From an uncultured Acidobacteriota bacterium (lineage in GTDB: Bacteria > Acidobacteriota > Thermoanaerobaculia > Gp7-AA8): DNA of 64,000 bases. Below the pieces are notes generated by a model. The model did not search any database and was not told the origin of the DNA. It worked only from the letters and a program-made list of their open reading frames with translations. Location: NCBI GenBank assembly GCA_963741955.1, contig CAVUKB010000007.1:1-64000 (forward strand). The letters are read 5' to 3'. The stretch's first letter is position 1; each line of letters begins with the position of its first letter. Below are positions 1 through 12,048 of this stretch, piece after piece. Both the position numbers and the translations under genes were made by a program.

Positions 1-1351
1 GCACCACGCCGCCGTGATGCGCCATCCCCGTGAGGCTCGCGGCCATCGCGTGCTCGCGAATGCCGAAGTGGATGTTCCGCCCCGCGTATCCCCACACGCC
101 GCCGGACATCCCCTGCGTCGGCGGTGTCTGTCCTTCCTTGGGCACGTCGGTGCTCTGAAAGTCCCCTTTGCCTTTCATCATCGTCCGCGTGGACGGATCG
201 AGGTCGGCTGATCCGCCGATCAGATTCGGCACCGACGCCGCGAGCGCTGCGATCACCTTTCCCCCGGCATCCCGTGTGGCCATGTCGCCATCTTTGGCCG
301 TGAAGAGGGGAAGCCTGGAGTCCCATCCCGGAGCAAGCTCACCCGCCATCGCCCGATCGAGGGCTGCCGCGAGCTCTCCCTGCGCGACGCGATACGTATC
401 CATCTGCTGCTGCCAGGCGCTTCGCGCCGCCGCACCGCGCACGCGAACCTTGTCGAATTCCCGCTGAGCCTCTTCCGGCACCCGAAACTGCGCGTCTTCC
501 GGCCAGCCATACACTCGCTTGGTCAGCCGGACTTCGTCCTTGCCGAGCGGCTCGCCGTGGGCTTCGAAGGTGTCCTGCTTGTTCGGACTCCCGAAGCCGA
601 TGTGAGTGCGCGCCACGATGAGAGAGGGACGCTGTTCGTCGGCACGGGCCGCGCCGATCGCCTCGTCCACCGCGGCGACGTCCATCCCGTCCACCTGCTG
701 CACGTGCCAGCCGTAGGCCGCAAAGCGCGCCCCGACGTCTTCGGAGAAGGTGACGTTCGTGGTCGCGGAGAGTGTGATGCGGTTCGAGTCGTAGAGGACG
801 ATCAGCCGGCCGAGATGGAGGTCGCCGGCGAGCGACGCTGCTTCCGAGGTGATGCCCTCCATCAGGTCGCCATCGCTCGCGATGACCCAGGTGCGGTGGT
901 CGACGACGGGCTGCCCCGGCCGATTGAACGTGGCGGCGAGCCACCGCTCCGTGATCGCCATCCCGACTGCGTTTCCAAACCCCTGGCCGAGCGGCCCGGT
1001 GGTCACCTCGACGCCCGTAGTGACTCCGCGTTCCGGGTGGCCGGGTGTGCGGCTGTCCCAACGTCTGAAGTGCTCGAGGTCGTCGAGGGTGAGCCCGTAC
1101 CCGGTCAGGAACAGGAGGCTGTACAACAGCATGCTGCCGTGTCCCGCCGAGAGCACGAATCGGTCGCGGTCGATCCAATCCGGATTCGCCGGGTCGTAGC
1201 GGAGGTGGCGCGTCCACAGAACATAAGCCATGGACGCCGCGCCCATTGGCAATCCCGGATGTCCCGATGCCGCCTTCTCGACGGCATCGATGCTGAGCGT
1301 CCGGATGGTGTTGATGCAGAGATCGTCAATCGTGCGACCAGTCGAGGTCAT
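1..1351 (-). CDS. tkt: Transketolase (5' part; runs off the window edge)
   Basis: Hand translation from ATG 1351: [39 protein letters not shown]...[21 protein letters not shown] overlaps the pgi stop (ATGA). Absent from the ORF track because there is no stop in the window. Confidence 0.95.
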   Translation of the reverse strand, partial: MTSTGRTIDDLCINTIRTLSIDAVEKAASGHPGLPMGAASMAYVLWTRHLRYDPANPDWIDRDRFVLSAGHGSMLLYSLLFLTGYGLTLDDLEHFRRWDSRTPGHPERGVTTGVEVTTGPLGQGFGNAVGMAITERWLAATFNRPGQPVVDHRTWVIASDGDLMEGITSEAASLAGDLHLGRLIVLYDSNRITLSATTNVTFSEDVGARFAAYGWHVQQVDGMDVAAVDEAIGAARADEQRPSLIVARTHIGFGSPNKQDTFEAHGEPLGKDEVRLTKRVYGWPEDAQFRVPEEAQREFDKVRVRGAAARSAWQQQMDTYRVAQGELAAALDRAMAGELAPGWDSRLPLFTAKDGDMATRDAGGKVIAALAASVPNLIGGSADLDPSTRTMMKGKGDFQSTDVPKEGQTPPTQGMSGGVWGYAGRNIHFGIREHAMAASLTGMAHHGGVV

Positions 1352-3009
1352 TTCACGCTCCCATGTTTTCGAGCCTTCATGTACCGGGACATCAACGTGG
1401 TGGTCGAGCTGTCGTGGCCATCGGACGGTGGGGCGTCACGGCGTAGCTCTCCACCGATTTGTTGGGCCAGTGCCTTTCCCAGTTCCACGCCCCATTGATC
1501 GAACGAGTCGATGCCCCAGATCACGCCCTGCGTGAAAACACTGTGCTCGTAAAGCGCGATGAGCGACCCGAGCGTCTCCGGCGTGAGCTCGTCGGCGAGA
1601 ATCGTCGTGGTCGGCCGGTTCCCCTCGAAGACACGGTGGGGCACCAGCCACGCGGGCGTCCCTTCCGCCGCGACTTCAGCCGCGGTCTTGCCGAAGGCCA
1701 GCGCCTCGGTCTGCGCGAACACGTTGGCCATCAGCAGGTCGTGGTGACCGTCCAACGGATTGAGCGACTGGCAGAAGCCGATGAAATCGCAAGGAATGAG
1801 CTTCGTTCCCTGATGAATCAACTGGTAGAACGAATGCTGCCCGTTCGTGCCGGGCTCCCCCCATACGATCGGGCTCGTCTGGTAGTTCACACTGGTGCCG
1901 TCGAGCGTGACGTGCTTCCCGTTGCTCTCCATCGTCAACTGCTGAAGGTAGGCTGGAAAACGCTTGAGGTACTGATCGTAAGGCAGAACCGCGAGGGTCC
2001 GCGCGTCGAAGAAGCCGGCGTACCAGACCGCGAGCAGCCCCATGATCACCGGCAGGTTTTGGCCTAACGGCGCAGTGCGGAAATGCTGGTCCATTGCGTG
2101 GAACCCGGCGAGCATCGCGCGGAAGTGCTCCGGGCCCACCGACAGCATGGTGGAGAGCCCGATCGCCGAATCCATGGAATAGCGCCCTCCCACCCAGTCC
2201 CAGAACTCGAACATATTCACGGGATCGATGCCGAACTTCGCCACGCCCTCCGCGTTGGTGGATACGGCGACAAAGTGCCGGCGCACCGCACGCTCGTCTC
2301 CGAGTGCGCGAAGGCTCCAGGCGCGGGCCGTGTGCGCGTTGGTCAGAGTCTCGAGCGTCGTGAACGTCTTGGAACAGACGATGAACAGCGTCTCCGCGGG
2401 ATCGAGGTCGCGCGTGGCCTCGGCGAAGTCCGTGCCGTCCACGTTGGAGACGAAGCGGAAAGTCATGTCGTGCCGGCTGTAGTGACGCAGCGCTTCGTAC
2501 GCCATGACCGGACCGAGGTCGGAGCCGCCGATTCCGATGTTGACGACGTTGCGGATGGGCCGGCCCGTGTGGCCCGTCCAGCGGCCGGCGCGGACGTCAT
2601 CCGCGAAGGTCGCCATGCGGTCGAGCACCGCGTGCACCGCCGGTACCACGTCCTCGTCGTCGACAGCGATCCGCTCGCCCACCGGCGCCCGGAGGGCGAC
2701 GTGAAGGACCGCCCGCTGCTCGGTCACATTGATCTTCTGGCCGCTGAACATGGCCTCGATCCGATCCGGCAGGCCGCGGTCATCGGCCAGCCGCATCAGC
2801 AGTGCGAGCGTCTCGTCGGTAACGCGGTGCTTGGAGTAGTCGAGGTAGAGGCCGGCCGCCTCGGCGGTCAGGCGCTTCCCACGCTCGGGGTCGTCCGCGA
2901 AGATCTGCCGCAAATGCAGCTTGCCGATCTTGTGCGAGTGCTCCTCCAACGCCTTCCACGCGGGGCGCTCGGTGAGCGGTTGGACCGATCTCAAATCTTT
3001 CGCGGTCAT
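1348..3009 (-). CDS. pgi: Glucose-6-phosphate isomerase
   Basis: [41 protein letters not shown] and [10 protein letters not shown] motifs. Confidence 0.97.
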   Translation of the reverse strand: MTAKDLRSVQPLTERPAWKALEEHSHKIGKLHLRQIFADDPERGKRLTAEAAGLYLDYSKHRVTDETLALLMRLADDRGLPDRIEAMFSGQKINVTEQRAVLHVALRAPVGERIAVDDEDVVPAVHAVLDRMATFADDVRAGRWTGHTGRPIRNVVNIGIGGSDLGPVMAYEALRHYSRHDMTFRFVSNVDGTDFAEATRDLDPAETLFIVCSKTFTTLETLTNAHTARAWSLRALGDERAVRRHFVAVSTNAEGVAKFGIDPVNMFEFWDWVGGRYSMDSAIGLSTMLSVGPEHFRAMLAGFHAMDQHFRTAPLGQNLPVIMGLLAVWYAGFFDARTLAVLPYDQYLKRFPAYLQQLTMESNGKHVTLDGTSVNYQTSPIVWGEPGTNGQHSFYQLIHQGTKLIPCDFIGFCQSLNPLDGHHDLLMANVFAQTEALAFGKTAAEVAAEGTPAWLVPHRVFEGNRPTTTILADELTPETLGSLIALYEHSVFTQGVIWGIDSFDQWGVELGKALAQQIGGELRRDAPPSDGHDSSTTTLMSRYMKARKHGSVK

Positions 3010-4112
3010 GACTTGTCTCCGCCGGCACGATTCCCCTCCACCAGCGCCGCGCGCTTCGCGGCCACGCGATCGAGAAGATCCTTCCAGGATTTCGTGAACG
3101 ACGCGGCACCTTCGACCTGGAGCCGATCCGCGAGCGCCGTATCGTCCACGCTGGCCTTCGTGAACTCGGCGAGAACCGCTTCGGCGTCGCCGCCATCAGC
3201 GGGCAGCGTGCCGTTCACCCTGCCGTGATCGGCGAAGGCAACGAGGGTCTTCTCAGGGATCGTATTGACGGTATCGGGCGCCGCCAGCGCCTCGACGTAG
3301 AGCGTGTCCGACGCCTTGGGATCCTTGGTCCCGGTGCTGGCCCAGAGGAGGCGCTGCGGCTGGGCGCCGGCAGCCGCGAGCGCGCGCCAGCGCGGCGACC
3401 CGAGGAGACGACGGTACTCGCGGTAGGCACGCTGCGCGATTGCGATGCCGAGGCGATTGCGAAGCGCAGGTGGCACGGTGTCCTGTACCGCGACGTCCCA
3501 GCGACTGACGAAGAGCGACGCGACGGAGCCGATCCGCGGATCGAGGCCTAACGCAATCCGGCGTTCGATGCCCCGCATGTAAGCTTCGGCCGCGGCGACG
3601 TACTGCGCCGCCGAGAACAGCAGCGTCACGTTGACCGGCACGCCGCTCGAGATCGACTCCTCGATGGCTGGAATGCCTTCGGGCGTGCCCGGAATCTTGA
3701 TGAACAGATTCGGCCGTTGGGCCCGGCCGTGGAGCTCGGCTGCAGCTCGTATGGTGCCGGCGGTATCGCTGGCCAGAAGCGGCGACACCTCCAGCGACAC
3801 CCACCCGTCCACGCCGCCGGTCCGGTCGTGGACGGAACGGAAGAGGTCGGCCGCGCGCACCAGATCCTCGACGGCAAGCTCGAAGAACAGCGCCTCGTCC
3901 GACTTCCCCTCGGCCGCCTTCCGGCGGATGGCGTGGTCGTAAAAATCGCTCTTCTTGATGGCGTGATCGAAGATCGTGGGGTTCGAGGTCAGTCCCGTCA
4001 CCGACAGCTCGCTGATATAGCGCTGCAGCGTGCCGTCGTTCAGGATGCCGCGGGTAATGTTGTCGAGCCAGAGGCTCTGACCGAGATCGTGCAGCTTTTG
4101 GGTCGCTTTCAT
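3006..4112 (-). CDS. tal: Transaldolase
   Basis: [36 protein letters not shown] and [10 protein letters not shown] motifs. AGGAGG RBS precedes ATG 4112. Confidence 0.95.
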   Translation of the reverse strand: MKATQKLHDLGQSLWLDNITRGILNDGTLQRYISELSVTGLTSNPTIFDHAIKKSDFYDHAIRRKAAEGKSDEALFFELAVEDLVRAADLFRSVHDRTGGVDGWVSLEVSPLLASDTAGTIRAAAELHGRAQRPNLFIKIPGTPEGIPAIEESISSGVPVNVTLLFSAAQYVAAAEAYMRGIERRIALGLDPRIGSVASLFVSRWDVAVQDTVPPALRNRLGIAIAQRAYREYRRLLGSPRWRALAAAGAQPQRLLWASTGTKDPKASDTLYVEALAAPDTVNTIPEKTLVAFADHGRVNGTLPADGGDAEAVLAEFTKASVDDTALADRLQVEGAASFTKSWKDLLDRVAAKRAALVEGNRAGGDKS

Positions 4113-4146
4113 CTTGCCTCCTGTGGCCAAGCTCTACCGTCGAAGC

Positions 4147-4959
4147 TCATGGACTCGTCTCACGATCGACGACCGTGCCCTGCGCCGCAACACTGCCCGC
4201 CGCCGTTCCCTTGCCCTTCAGAATCCACTCGAAACCAACGCCGATGAGGGCACCCAGAAGGGGGCCCACGATGTAGATCCACGTTGAACTCAAGTAGCCC
4301 CGAATCAGATCAGGGCCGAACGATCGAACCGGGTTCATCGACGCTCCGCTCACGGGTGCCGCCCAGAGTCCCGCCAGCGCGATGTACCCGCCTACTGCGA
4401 CCGCGCCGTTCGTGCCGATGTTTCGCGCGCCGGACGCCGTGCCCAGAATCGTGTTCACCAGTCCGGCCGTGAGCACCACTTCCATCGCCAGAGCCTTTCC
4501 GCTGGTCACACCAGGACCCGGCAGCGTCGCACCGAGCGCGCCGGCTGTCCCGAACATGACCCGAAGGAAGATAGCCGCACCAACGCCTCCGAGCACCTGT
4601 CCGATGATGTAGCTGGGGACTCTCTTCCACGGGAAGTTCCGCCGCATCGCGAATGCGAGCGTGACCGCCGGATTCAAATGGGCTCCGCTCACGGCGCCCA
4701 TGAAGTAGATGATCGCCATCACCATGAGTCCTGGTGCCACGACGATCATGCCCAGGGTGACCCGGCCCCCGCTCATGGCCGAAACGGCGATGCCCCCTGC
4801 AGCGACCAGCACGAGAAGAAACGTGCCCCAGGTCTCCGCGAACACGCGTCGCCACTCGAGGGAGGAATCAAAAAAGTCGAGCGTCGATTGCCGTTCACTC
4901 ACCGGCTTCCCTGCGGCCTTCGAGTCCGTTCCGATCGCGCTCTTCGAATGAGAAACCAC
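4147..4959 (-). CDS. MIP/aquaporin family channel
   Basis: SGAHLNPAVT and SMNPVRS NPA-type loops; six hydrophobic helices. Confidence 0.92.
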   Translation of the reverse strand: MVSHSKSAIGTDSKAAGKPVSERQSTLDFFDSSLEWRRVFAETWGTFLLVLVAAGGIAVSAMSGGRVTLGMIVVAPGLMVMAIIYFMGAVSGAHLNPAVTLAFAMRRNFPWKRVPSYIIGQVLGGVGAAIFLRVMFGTAGALGATLPGPGVTSGKALAMEVVLTAGLVNTILGTASGARNIGTNGAVAVGGYIALAGLWAAPVSGASMNPVRSFGPDLIRGYLSSTWIYIVGPLLGALIGVGFEWILKGKGTAAGSVAAQGTVVDRETSP

Positions 4960-4968
4960 AATACCGCC

Positions 4969-5844
4969 TCACTTCCCTTTCGATAGCTGCTTGCCGATCG
5001 CCTTCAATTCCAGCTCTCGCTTCTTCGTCGTCCTCGGATATGCCATTTGCAGGTCCTCGAGCGCATCGAGCACAATCCGGGAAACGATCAACCGGGCGTT
5101 CTCCTTGTCGTCGGCGGGAACGATGTACCAGGGTGAGTGACGTGTGCTTGTTGCGCTCAGACAAGCCTCAAAAGCTTCCATGTAACGCGTCCAGTACTCC
5201 CTCTCGTGGAGGTCGGAAAGACTGAACTTCCAGTTCTTGTCCGGCTCGTCGATGCGGTCAAGGAAGCGCTTTCGTTGTTCGTCTTTCGACAGGTGGAGAA
5301 AGATCTTGACGATCCTGGTGCCGTTGCGGTGGAGGTGATCCTCCAGGTCCACGATGGACTGATACCGCTCCTTCCAGATGGTCCTCTCGTCCAGCAACTC
5401 GTCCGGCAGCCCCTGGCCGTTGAGAATCTCCGGATGCACGCGAACGACGAGCACCTCCTCGTAATAGGAACGATTGAAGATGCCGATCCGACCGCGCTCG
5501 GGAAGTCGGCGCGTCGTGCGCCAGAGAAAATCGTGTTTCAGCTCCTCTTCGCTCGGCTGTTTGAAACTGAACACCTCGCAGCCTTGCGGATTGACACCGG
5601 ACATGACGTGCCGGATGGCGCCGTCCTTGCCGGCAGCGTCCATCCCCTGGAAGATCAGCAGCAAGGCATAGCGGCCGGACGCGTAGTGAAGGCGTTGCAG
5701 CGCGCTCAACTCCTCGACGTTCTCTTCCAGAAGCTTCTTGTAACGCTTCTTCGACTTGCAGAAAGGCTGAACAATCGTCGGCGACTCTTTCAGATTGACG
5801 TATTCTTCGAACTGCACGCGGAAATCCTTTGAATCGATCTTCAT
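4969..5844 (-). CDS. ppk2: Polyphosphate kinase 2 family (polyphosphate:nucleotide phosphotransferase)
   Basis: [11 protein letters not shown] Walker [18 protein letters not shown] and [10 protein letters not shown]. The real start MKIDSK at 5844 overlaps the upstream stop; the ORF-track extension to 6456 is spurious. Confidence 0.93.
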   Translation of the reverse strand: MKIDSKDFRVQFEEYVNLKESPTIVQPFCKSKKRYKKLLEENVEELSALQRLHYASGRYALLLIFQGMDAAGKDGAIRHVMSGVNPQGCEVFSFKQPSEEELKHDFLWRTTRRLPERGRIGIFNRSYYEEVLVVRVHPEILNGQGLPDELLDERTIWKERYQSIVDLEDHLHRNGTRIVKIFLHLSKDEQRKRFLDRIDEPDKNWKFSLSDLHEREYWTRYMEAFEACLSATSTRHSPWYIVPADDKENARLIVSRIVLDALEDLQMAYPRTTKKRELELKAIGKQLSKGK

Positions 5845-6851
5845 GTCATCACGCTCCACGCAATTACGATGCTGACAAACACCACGTACCAGCCGACGCT
5901 CAGGGCGCCGCCCATCCGGGTGAATCGTTTCGTGACATAGAGAAGGGTCAGGCTCATCGCCGTGATGCCCAGCAGCCACCACACCGAAAACAGGGTCTCC
6001 CCGGCCAGGCTGCCGACCCCAAACATCGTGGCGGGAACGCAGATGCCGAACAGGATGTTGAGGGTATTGCTGTTCAGCGCTTCGCTCATGACGGCAGTTC
6101 CCCTGCCATCGCGAGCCAGCTTGATCGCCGTTATCACATCGGGAATACCCGTGAACACGGCCAGCACGAGCACCCCCAGGATGGTTTTGTTCAATTTCCA
6201 TGCGTCGCTCAAGAACACCGCCGAGCGAACCATTCCCATGCAGCTGACGATGATGATCATCAGTGCCGCCCCTCCCATCCATGCCCAGGACCAGGATTTC
6301 GGTGTGTTCGATTTGCCGCTCTCTGGCGCATGGTGAGCAGAGGCGAACGCCTCGGTCACAAAGGCCCGGATCGCTGGAGGAAGTCTCCATCGTTTCATGC
6401 GGCCGGCGGGCAAGTCCGACGCAATCGCATACGGAACCAGCACGCAAAGCAGGCACACAACGCTAACCGGAGCTGAAATCAGCCCGAAGACCAGCAAAGA
6501 CATCACCAGTGTAACGAGCAGCGCGATCGCGCCATTCAGGATTATGGCTTGCCTCTTTAGCGCCAACCTTCCCGCCAGCAATGCGCACAGCCCCAGGAGA
6601 GCTGCCAGATTGAAAATGTTCGAGCCGACGATGATCCCCACGCCAACATCATGTTGCTTGACGAACAGAGCGGTGCCGGCGGAGGAAATCTCGGGGGTCG
6701 CCGCGCCCAACGCAGCAAGCATGCCGAGCAATCCACCGGATATATGAAAACGCACCTTGAGCGTATCGAGGCTGCCGCTCAGAATAAAGCTGGATATCGT
6801 CATCAGGACGACAGATACGGAAAATATCGATGCAGCCGCCGATACTGTCAT
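5841..6851 (-). CDS. Sodium:calcium antiporter (CaCA family)
   Basis: Two alpha-repeats (ALGAATPEI...GSNIFN and VFTGIPDV...LNSNTLN); about 10 TM segments. Confidence 0.85.
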   Translation of the reverse strand: MTVSAAASIFSVSVVLMTISSFILSGSLDTLKVRFHISGGLLGMLAALGAATPEISSAGTALFVKQHDVGVGIIVGSNIFNLAALLGLCALLAGRLALKRQAIILNGAIALLVTLVMSLLVFGLISAPVSVVCLLCVLVPYAIASDLPAGRMKRWRLPPAIRAFVTEAFASAHHAPESGKSNTPKSWSWAWMGGAALMIIIVSCMGMVRSAVFLSDAWKLNKTILGVLVLAVFTGIPDVITAIKLARDGRGTAVMSEALNSNTLNILFGICVPATMFGVGSLAGETLFSVWWLLGITAMSLTLLYVTKRFTRMGGALSVGWYVVFVSIVIAWSVMT

Positions 6852-6974
6852 GAATGTGCCTTCGTTGCGAACCGGATCCTCGATGATCGAACGTTGAGCG
6901 TCAGGAGGGTGAGAGCACTCGATGTCGCCTTCACTGTTCCTCCTCTGCAGGCGCCTCGGGTTTGGATTCATCCT

Positions 6975-7056
6975 TCCGCTTCACACTCGTCGGCCACTCT
7001 TTGAGAGTGACGTTTTATTCGAACTGCACGCGGCAATCCTTTGAATTGATCTTCAT
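6975..7056 (-). pseudogene. Degenerate 5' stub of a ppk2 paralogue
   Basis: Reads MKINSKDCRVQFE*NVTLKEWPT versus intact [23 protein letters not shown] (5844 downward); in-frame TAA. Confidence 0.8.
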
Positions 7057-7152
7057 GTCTATACCTCTGTTGGTCGTGCGCGCGTTGATCAGGCGAGCCG
7101 TTTCATTTGAGCGGGTCGTTGACGGCGCGAATCTCAGATGGTGACGATGCTC

Positions 7153-8493
7153 TCATTCTGCCTCTTCGATTGGGAGGGGCTCCGTTTCGAGTGCTTCGCG
7201 CACACGCGCCAGGCGGCTCTCAAATCGCTTCCGGTCGTGCGGGGGCTCGATGGTTCGTTCGGCCAATTCGGCAATCCACTGCAGTTGCTCACGGAGCACC
7301 CGCCGCCGCCCCGCGCTGGCCGCGAGACTGCCGATGGTGTGAAGCGCGCCAAGCATTCGTAACATGATGGCGACATTGCCGGAGGCACTCGCTCGAATCT
7401 GATCGAACGAGTCATCCACCAGGCTGGCAAAGCTCGGCCCGATGGTGATGATCCTCAGTTCCCCTTCCTCAAAGCGGCGCGCTGAGGGGATTGATCGGGA
7501 GGCCAGCCGCGCCAGAATCGCCGTCAGATAATCCACGCACATCACGGCCGTCGTGGTGTCGTTGATACCGGGTGAGAGCGCGCGCAGCGCTATGTCGACG
7601 ATCTGTCGGATGCCGAAAGCGGAATCCTGTTTCACCGTGCGATGGCGCTCGATACTGTAGGCTGCCTGCACAGTGGCAATGATCCCCTCTTCAGGCCGGT
7701 CCTCCAGAACGAGCGAGGCAAGCACGGTGTCGTGGACTACAAACTCGCCGATTCCGCGTTCCATCCGCACGATGGTGTTGTGCTCCCGGGTCAAACGCAG
7801 GAGCGCCGCCATATCCACGCTTTGGATGTAACCATTCCCCGGTGCCAGGACTGCCTGCCAGCTCCGTCCCAACAGAGGGGGCGGTTCTGCCTCGTCATCG
7901 CCGTCAAGCTGACCTTGTCCAAGCTTCTCCGGGAAAAGACGGTCGACGGCCACGATGGTTTCCGCGGCAACCGAAGCGATGATGGTGGAGGCTTGGATCG
8001 AAGAGGCGATGTGATGAATGAAGAAGATGAGGACACTGATGCCGCCGATAGCCAGAACGACGGCGAACGTCACTGCCAGGCTCGGAATAAACCCGGACTC
8101 GCTGCCGCCGCGAATGGTGCGCAACACGATCAGGCAATAGGTGAAGATGCCGACGAAGACTCCGAGCACCACCTGCGTGACGCGGTCACGAATGAAGTTC
8201 CGCAGGATGCGCGAAGTATATTGGCTCGAGGCCAGCGCCAGCGTCACCAGGATCATCGAAAACGTGACGCCCACCACGGTCATCATTGAGCCCGCAATCG
8301 TGGACAACATCCCGCGGGCGCCAGCTGCGCCGGTGCCAAACAGGCGCGGCCAGAGCGCCAGCCACCGTCCGCTCATGGCGGAGTCCGCCTGAATCAAAAT
8401 CACCGCGAGCACGATGCTGTTTGCGACAATCAGTGCGGGCACAAACCAGAAACTTGTCCGCACCTTGCCCCATAGCCGGGTGAGTCTATTCAT
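7153..8493 (-). CDS. DUF2254 family membrane protein
   Basis: ARGMLSTIAGSMMTV, LASSQYTSR and DIALRALSPGINDTTTA motifs. Confidence 0.9.
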   Translation of the reverse strand: MNRLTRLWGKVRTSFWFVPALIVANSIVLAVILIQADSAMSGRWLALWPRLFGTGAAGARGMLSTIAGSMMTVVGVTFSMILVTLALASSQYTSRILRNFIRDRVTQVVLGVFVGIFTYCLIVLRTIRGGSESGFIPSLAVTFAVVLAIGGISVLIFFIHHIASSIQASTIIASVAAETIVAVDRLFPEKLGQGQLDGDDEAEPPPLLGRSWQAVLAPGNGYIQSVDMAALLRLTREHNTIVRMERGIGEFVVHDTVLASLVLEDRPEEGIIATVQAAYSIERHRTVKQDSAFGIRQIVDIALRALSPGINDTTTAVMCVDYLTAILARLASRSIPSARRFEEGELRIITIGPSFASLVDDSFDQIRASASGNVAIMLRMLGALHTIGSLAASAGRRRVLREQLQWIAELAERTIEPPHDRKRFESRLARVREALETEPLPIEEAE

Positions 8494-8590
8494 GGCTCAA
8501 CCCTCCATGTAGATCGCTTTCGATGAGGTCGTGGTCGAGCAGCGTGCTATCGCAGTTGAGGAGAACGACGAGTTCATCCGGCGGCGTCAC
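8486..8590 (-). pseudogene. N-terminal stub of a HAD-family hydrolase
   Basis: GTG overlaps the zwf stop; reads [27 protein letters not shown], resembling a decayed HAD motif I (FDxDNTLLD); stops after about 34 aa. Confidence 0.55.
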
Positions 8591-9993
8591 CTGGTCTCCT
8601 CGTCGAGCACTGGGTTGTACCAGCCGCCGTCCGCCGCGATCAGCGCGTCCGCCTCTTTGGGCCCCCAGCTCCCCGGTTTGTAAGGGCGGACGGCAGAGTG
8701 GGTCTTCAGGACTCGATCGACCACCACCCATGCGGCCTCGACGGCGTCCTCCCGGGCGAAGAGGGCTCCATCACCGGCCATGGCGTCGGTCAGGAGCCGC
8801 TCGTACGGAGCCTCCTCTCCCGGTTGATGATCGTCGAGGTAGAGCTCCCGCTGGTCGCCGACGAATTCCTTGCCGGCACGCTTGACGCGAGCGGCGAGGG
8901 CAACGGCGGAGTTGGGGGAAATGCGGAAGCGCAGATAGTTGGCCCGGCCATCCGTCGGCGCGGAGTCGGTGAAGAGACGTTGCGGTGGCGGCTTCAGCTG
9001 GACGACCACCTCGGCGGCCGTCTCGGGCAACAGCTTGCCGGAGCGCAGGTACCACGGCACGCCCTCCCAGCGCCAGGAGTCGATGAAGAGCCGCACGGCG
9101 CAGAAGGTCTCCACGTCGGAGTCTTTGGTCACGTCCGGCTCCTTGCGGTAACCCCTGTACTGGCCCCGGACCATGTCGGCACGCGGCCGCATGGCCCGGA
9201 ACACCGCCGCCTTCTCGCTGTGCACGGCGCCAAAGCCCTGATACGCGGGCGGCTCCATTGCCACGAGGGCGACGATCTGGAAGAGGTGGTTCTGGATCAC
9301 GTCGCGCAGGCATCCGGCCGTCTCGTAAAACGCGCCGCGGCCGTTCACGCCGAAGTCCTTGGCAAGGGTGATCTGGACGCTGGCGACGAAGTTGCGGTTC
9401 CAGATGGGCTCGAGGAAGGAGTTGGCGAAGCGGAAGTAGAGGATGTTCATGATCGCCTCCTTCCCGAGGTAGTGATCGATGCGGAAGATCGAGTCTTCCG
9501 GGAACACCTTGTGCGCGGCCTCGTTGAGCTCGCGCGCGGAAGCGAGGTCGCGGCCGAACGGCTTTTCGACGATGACGCGCGCGTGGTCCGCCAGGCCGGC
9601 AGCGCCGAGCCCCTTGATCACCGTCTCGAAGAGCGCGGGCGGGATGGCGAGGTAGTGCGCCGGGCGCCGGGCACTGCCCAGCGCCTCTTTGATCGCTGTG
9701 AACGTGGCCTCGTCGGTGTAATCCCCGCTTACGTACCTGAACAGGGATAGAAGACGGTGGAGTGCACGCTTGTCATCGATCCCGCCCGATCTCTTGATGC
9801 TGTCCGTGGCGCGTTTGCGCAGACGCTCCAGACTCCACTTAGGGAAGGCGACGCCGATCACCGGAACGGTGAGGACGCCCCGCTTGACCATCGCGTAGAG
9901 CGCCGGGAAGATCATCTTGTGGGCGAGGTCGCCCGTCACGCCGAAGAGCACCAGCGCGTCAGACGCTGCCGGGCCGCGAGTGGTGGTGGCCAT
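8587..9993 (-). CDS. zwf: Glucose-6-phosphate 1-dehydrogenase
   Basis: [34 protein letters not shown] and PYERLL motifs. Confidence 0.96.
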   Translation of the reverse strand: MATTTRGPAASDALVLFGVTGDLAHKMIFPALYAMVKRGVLTVPVIGVAFPKWSLERLRKRATDSIKRSGGIDDKRALHRLLSLFRYVSGDYTDEATFTAIKEALGSARRPAHYLAIPPALFETVIKGLGAAGLADHARVIVEKPFGRDLASARELNEAAHKVFPEDSIFRIDHYLGKEAIMNILYFRFANSFLEPIWNRNFVASVQITLAKDFGVNGRGAFYETAGCLRDVIQNHLFQIVALVAMEPPAYQGFGAVHSEKAAVFRAMRPRADMVRGQYRGYRKEPDVTKDSDVETFCAVRLFIDSWRWEGVPWYLRSGKLLPETAAEVVVQLKPPPQRLFTDSAPTDGRANYLRFRISPNSAVALAARVKRAGKEFVGDQRELYLDDHQPGEEAPYERLLTDAMAGDGALFAREDAVEAAWVVVDRVLKTHSAVRPYKPGSWGPKEADALIAADGGWYNPVLDEETR

Positions 9994-9994
9994 C

Positions 9995-11020
9995 TCAGGT
10001 GCCTCCTGATTTCTTCTCATCATGCCCGCCGAACTGCTTGCGCATCGCGGAGAGCACGCGGTCGGCGTAGTCTGCGTCGCCTCGCGAAGCGAAGCGCCCG
10101 AAGAGCGCAGAGCTGATCACCGGCGCTGGCACGCCCTCGTCGACGGCAGCCGCGAGCGTCCACCGCCCTTCGCCAGAGTCCGACACGCGGCCCGCGTACT
10201 CCTTCAATTCCGCATCGCCGACAAGCGCGGCCGCGGTTAGATCCAGCAACCACGAGCCGATCACGCTGCCGCGGCGCCAGACTTCCGCGATCTCGGGCAG
10301 GTCCAGAACGTACTGGTAGAATTCCGGGTCTCTCATGGGCGCGGTCTCGGCATCCGCATCGCGCTGCCGCGTGCCGGCGTTCGCGTTGCGCAGGATGTTC
10401 AGTCCCTCGGCATAGGCCGCCATGAGGCCGTACTCAATCCCGTTGTGGACCATCTTCACGAAGTGGCCGGCCCCTTGCGGCCCGCAGTGCAGGTAGCCCT
10501 GCTCGGCCGTGCCGGCGCCCTTGGGCCGGCCGGGTGTCGGCGGCGCAACGTCGATGCCGGGGGCCAGCGTGGCGAAGATCGGGGACAGGCGCTGGACGGT
10601 GTCTGATTCGCCGCCGATCATCAGGCAGTAGCCGCGCTCGAGCCCGGCGACGCCGCCGCTCGTCCCGACATCCACGTAATGGATCCCGCGCTGCTTCAAC
10701 TCGGCACCACGCCGAATATCGTCGCGGTAGAAGGAGTTGCCGCCATCGATCACCGTGTCACCGGCCTCGAGCTGCGGAACCAGCTTCGCCAGTTCCTGAT
10801 CCACCACGGCCGCCGGCACCATCATCCAGACGGCACGTGGCGGCGCCAATTGGGCGGCGAAGTCTTTGAGCGAGGACGCTCCGACGGCGCCCGGGTGGAG
10901 GAGTTTCTTGACGGCTTCCGCGTGCACGTCGTAGACCACACATTTGTGGCCTCCCCGCGTCAGACGCCGCACCATGCTGGCGCCCATACGCCCCAAACCA
11001 ATCATCCCGATCTGCATCAT
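9995..11020 (-). CDS. gnd: 6-phosphogluconate dehydrogenase, decarboxylating (short type)
   Basis: [34 protein letters not shown] and MRKQFGGH motifs. Confidence 0.95.
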   Translation of the reverse strand: MMQIGMIGLGRMGASMVRRLTRGGHKCVVYDVHAEAVKKLLHPGAVGASSLKDFAAQLAPPRAVWMMVPAAVVDQELAKLVPQLEAGDTVIDGGNSFYRDDIRRGAELKQRGIHYVDVGTSGGVAGLERGYCLMIGGESDTVQRLSPIFATLAPGIDVAPPTPGRPKGAGTAEQGYLHCGPQGAGHFVKMVHNGIEYGLMAAYAEGLNILRNANAGTRQRDADAETAPMRDPEFYQYVLDLPEIAEVWRRGSVIGSWLLDLTAAALVGDAELKEYAGRVSDSGEGRWTLAAAVDEGVPAPVISSALFGRFASRGDADYADRVLSAMRKQFGGHDEKKSGGT

Positions 11021-11099
11021 GAGCCTCCTTGCCTAACGGCCGTGAGTGCGGGGCCCCGATTTCCGGCGGCCTCGCGGCGAACCAGGCGCCTGCTCGTCG

Positions 11100-11807
11100 T
11101 CATGCCATGCCGTGCTTCCATCCGATCTTGACCAGCCACCAGTTCATTGGATACGTGGAGATGAACCCGACCATGAGGCCCAGTGCGCCGAGACCCCAGA
11201 ACGCTGCCGTGGACGGGCTGGGCGGGTGCCCGACAAGGCTGGGCGTCACGAACCGCATGACCAGGCCCATTCCCAGCATCACAGTCGACATCGAGAAGAA
11301 TTCGGCACGGCCGCCCTTCCAGATCGCCGTTCGCCAGGAATGACCCATGTGACGCATCGCGGGCACCTGAAACAGGAACCAGCCGAAAGCGAAACCCACG
11401 GCGTACTCTGTCCAGAACTCAGGCCAGAATGAAAAGCCGGCCAGCCGCGTGACGACCATCGCGCTCATGATCCCCAGGCCATCTCCTCCGACACAGTGGA
11501 TGTCGGAGCCGACGACCTTCTTCCATGTGTCGGCGGTAAACGCATGGTGCACTCGCCTGGCTTCATCTCCTGATCGGGTCTGTATCGAACGGACGTGCGG
11601 GGGACGACAGCTGCCGATGTACAGGGCCAGGCCGATGACCGAGAAGAACAGCACAATGACCGGCCACGCCGCCTTCAGCGCCGGCGTGACGTGTCGATTC
11701 GCGGTGAACGTGTCGTAGAGAACCCAGACGGCGGCAATCGCGCCGACGGCATACCACGGGACGACGAACACGGGTTGAACCACGAATCGAAGGAATGCGA
11801 AGCTCAT
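11100..11807 (-). CDS. DUF4396 family membrane protein
   Basis: HCVGGDGLG and TYPMNWWLVKIGWKHGM patterns. Confidence 0.8.
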   Translation of the reverse strand: MSFAFLRFVVQPVFVVPWYAVGAIAAVWVLYDTFTANRHVTPALKAAWPVIVLFFSVIGLALYIGSCRPPHVRSIQTRSGDEARRVHHAFTADTWKKVVGSDIHCVGGDGLGIMSAMVVTRLAGFSFWPEFWTEYAVGFAFGWFLFQVPAMRHMGHSWRTAIWKGGRAEFFSMSTVMLGMGLVMRFVTPSLVGHPPSPSTAAFWGLGALGLMVGFISTYPMNWWLVKIGWKHGMA

Positions 11808-11919
11808 GTCATCACCGCCGGGTTGGGATCGGCGAAGGCGCGATTCTCGAATGGCAGGGTTGCCTGGGCGCGGCCGAAGGCGAGCCTGACGCCTGCACCG
11901 TCCGCGATCAGCTCGAGCG

Positions 11920-12016
11920 TCTTCGCGGCGGTGATCATGACGGCGTAGCGCCCGTCGGAGAGGAGCTGAGCCCCTGGTGTCGCACCGTGCGGGGACGAGA
12001 AACGGCGGGGCGTCAT
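11920..12016 (-). pseudogene. Stub of a GH94 / cyclic beta-1,2-glucan synthase phosphorylase domain
   Basis: MTPRRFSSPHGATPGAQLLSDGRYAVMITAA resembles the typical LLSNGRYAVMxTAAGSGYS start of this domain; similarity ends abruptly. Confidence 0.6.
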
Positions 12017-12048
12017 GCCGCGCGCTTCCTCTTCTTGCAGGTCGGCTC

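Noticed and set aside
5845-6456. N-terminal extension or fusion on PPK2
   Set aside because: It overlaps the antiporter in another frame; the true start at 5844 is supported by two paralogous stubs.
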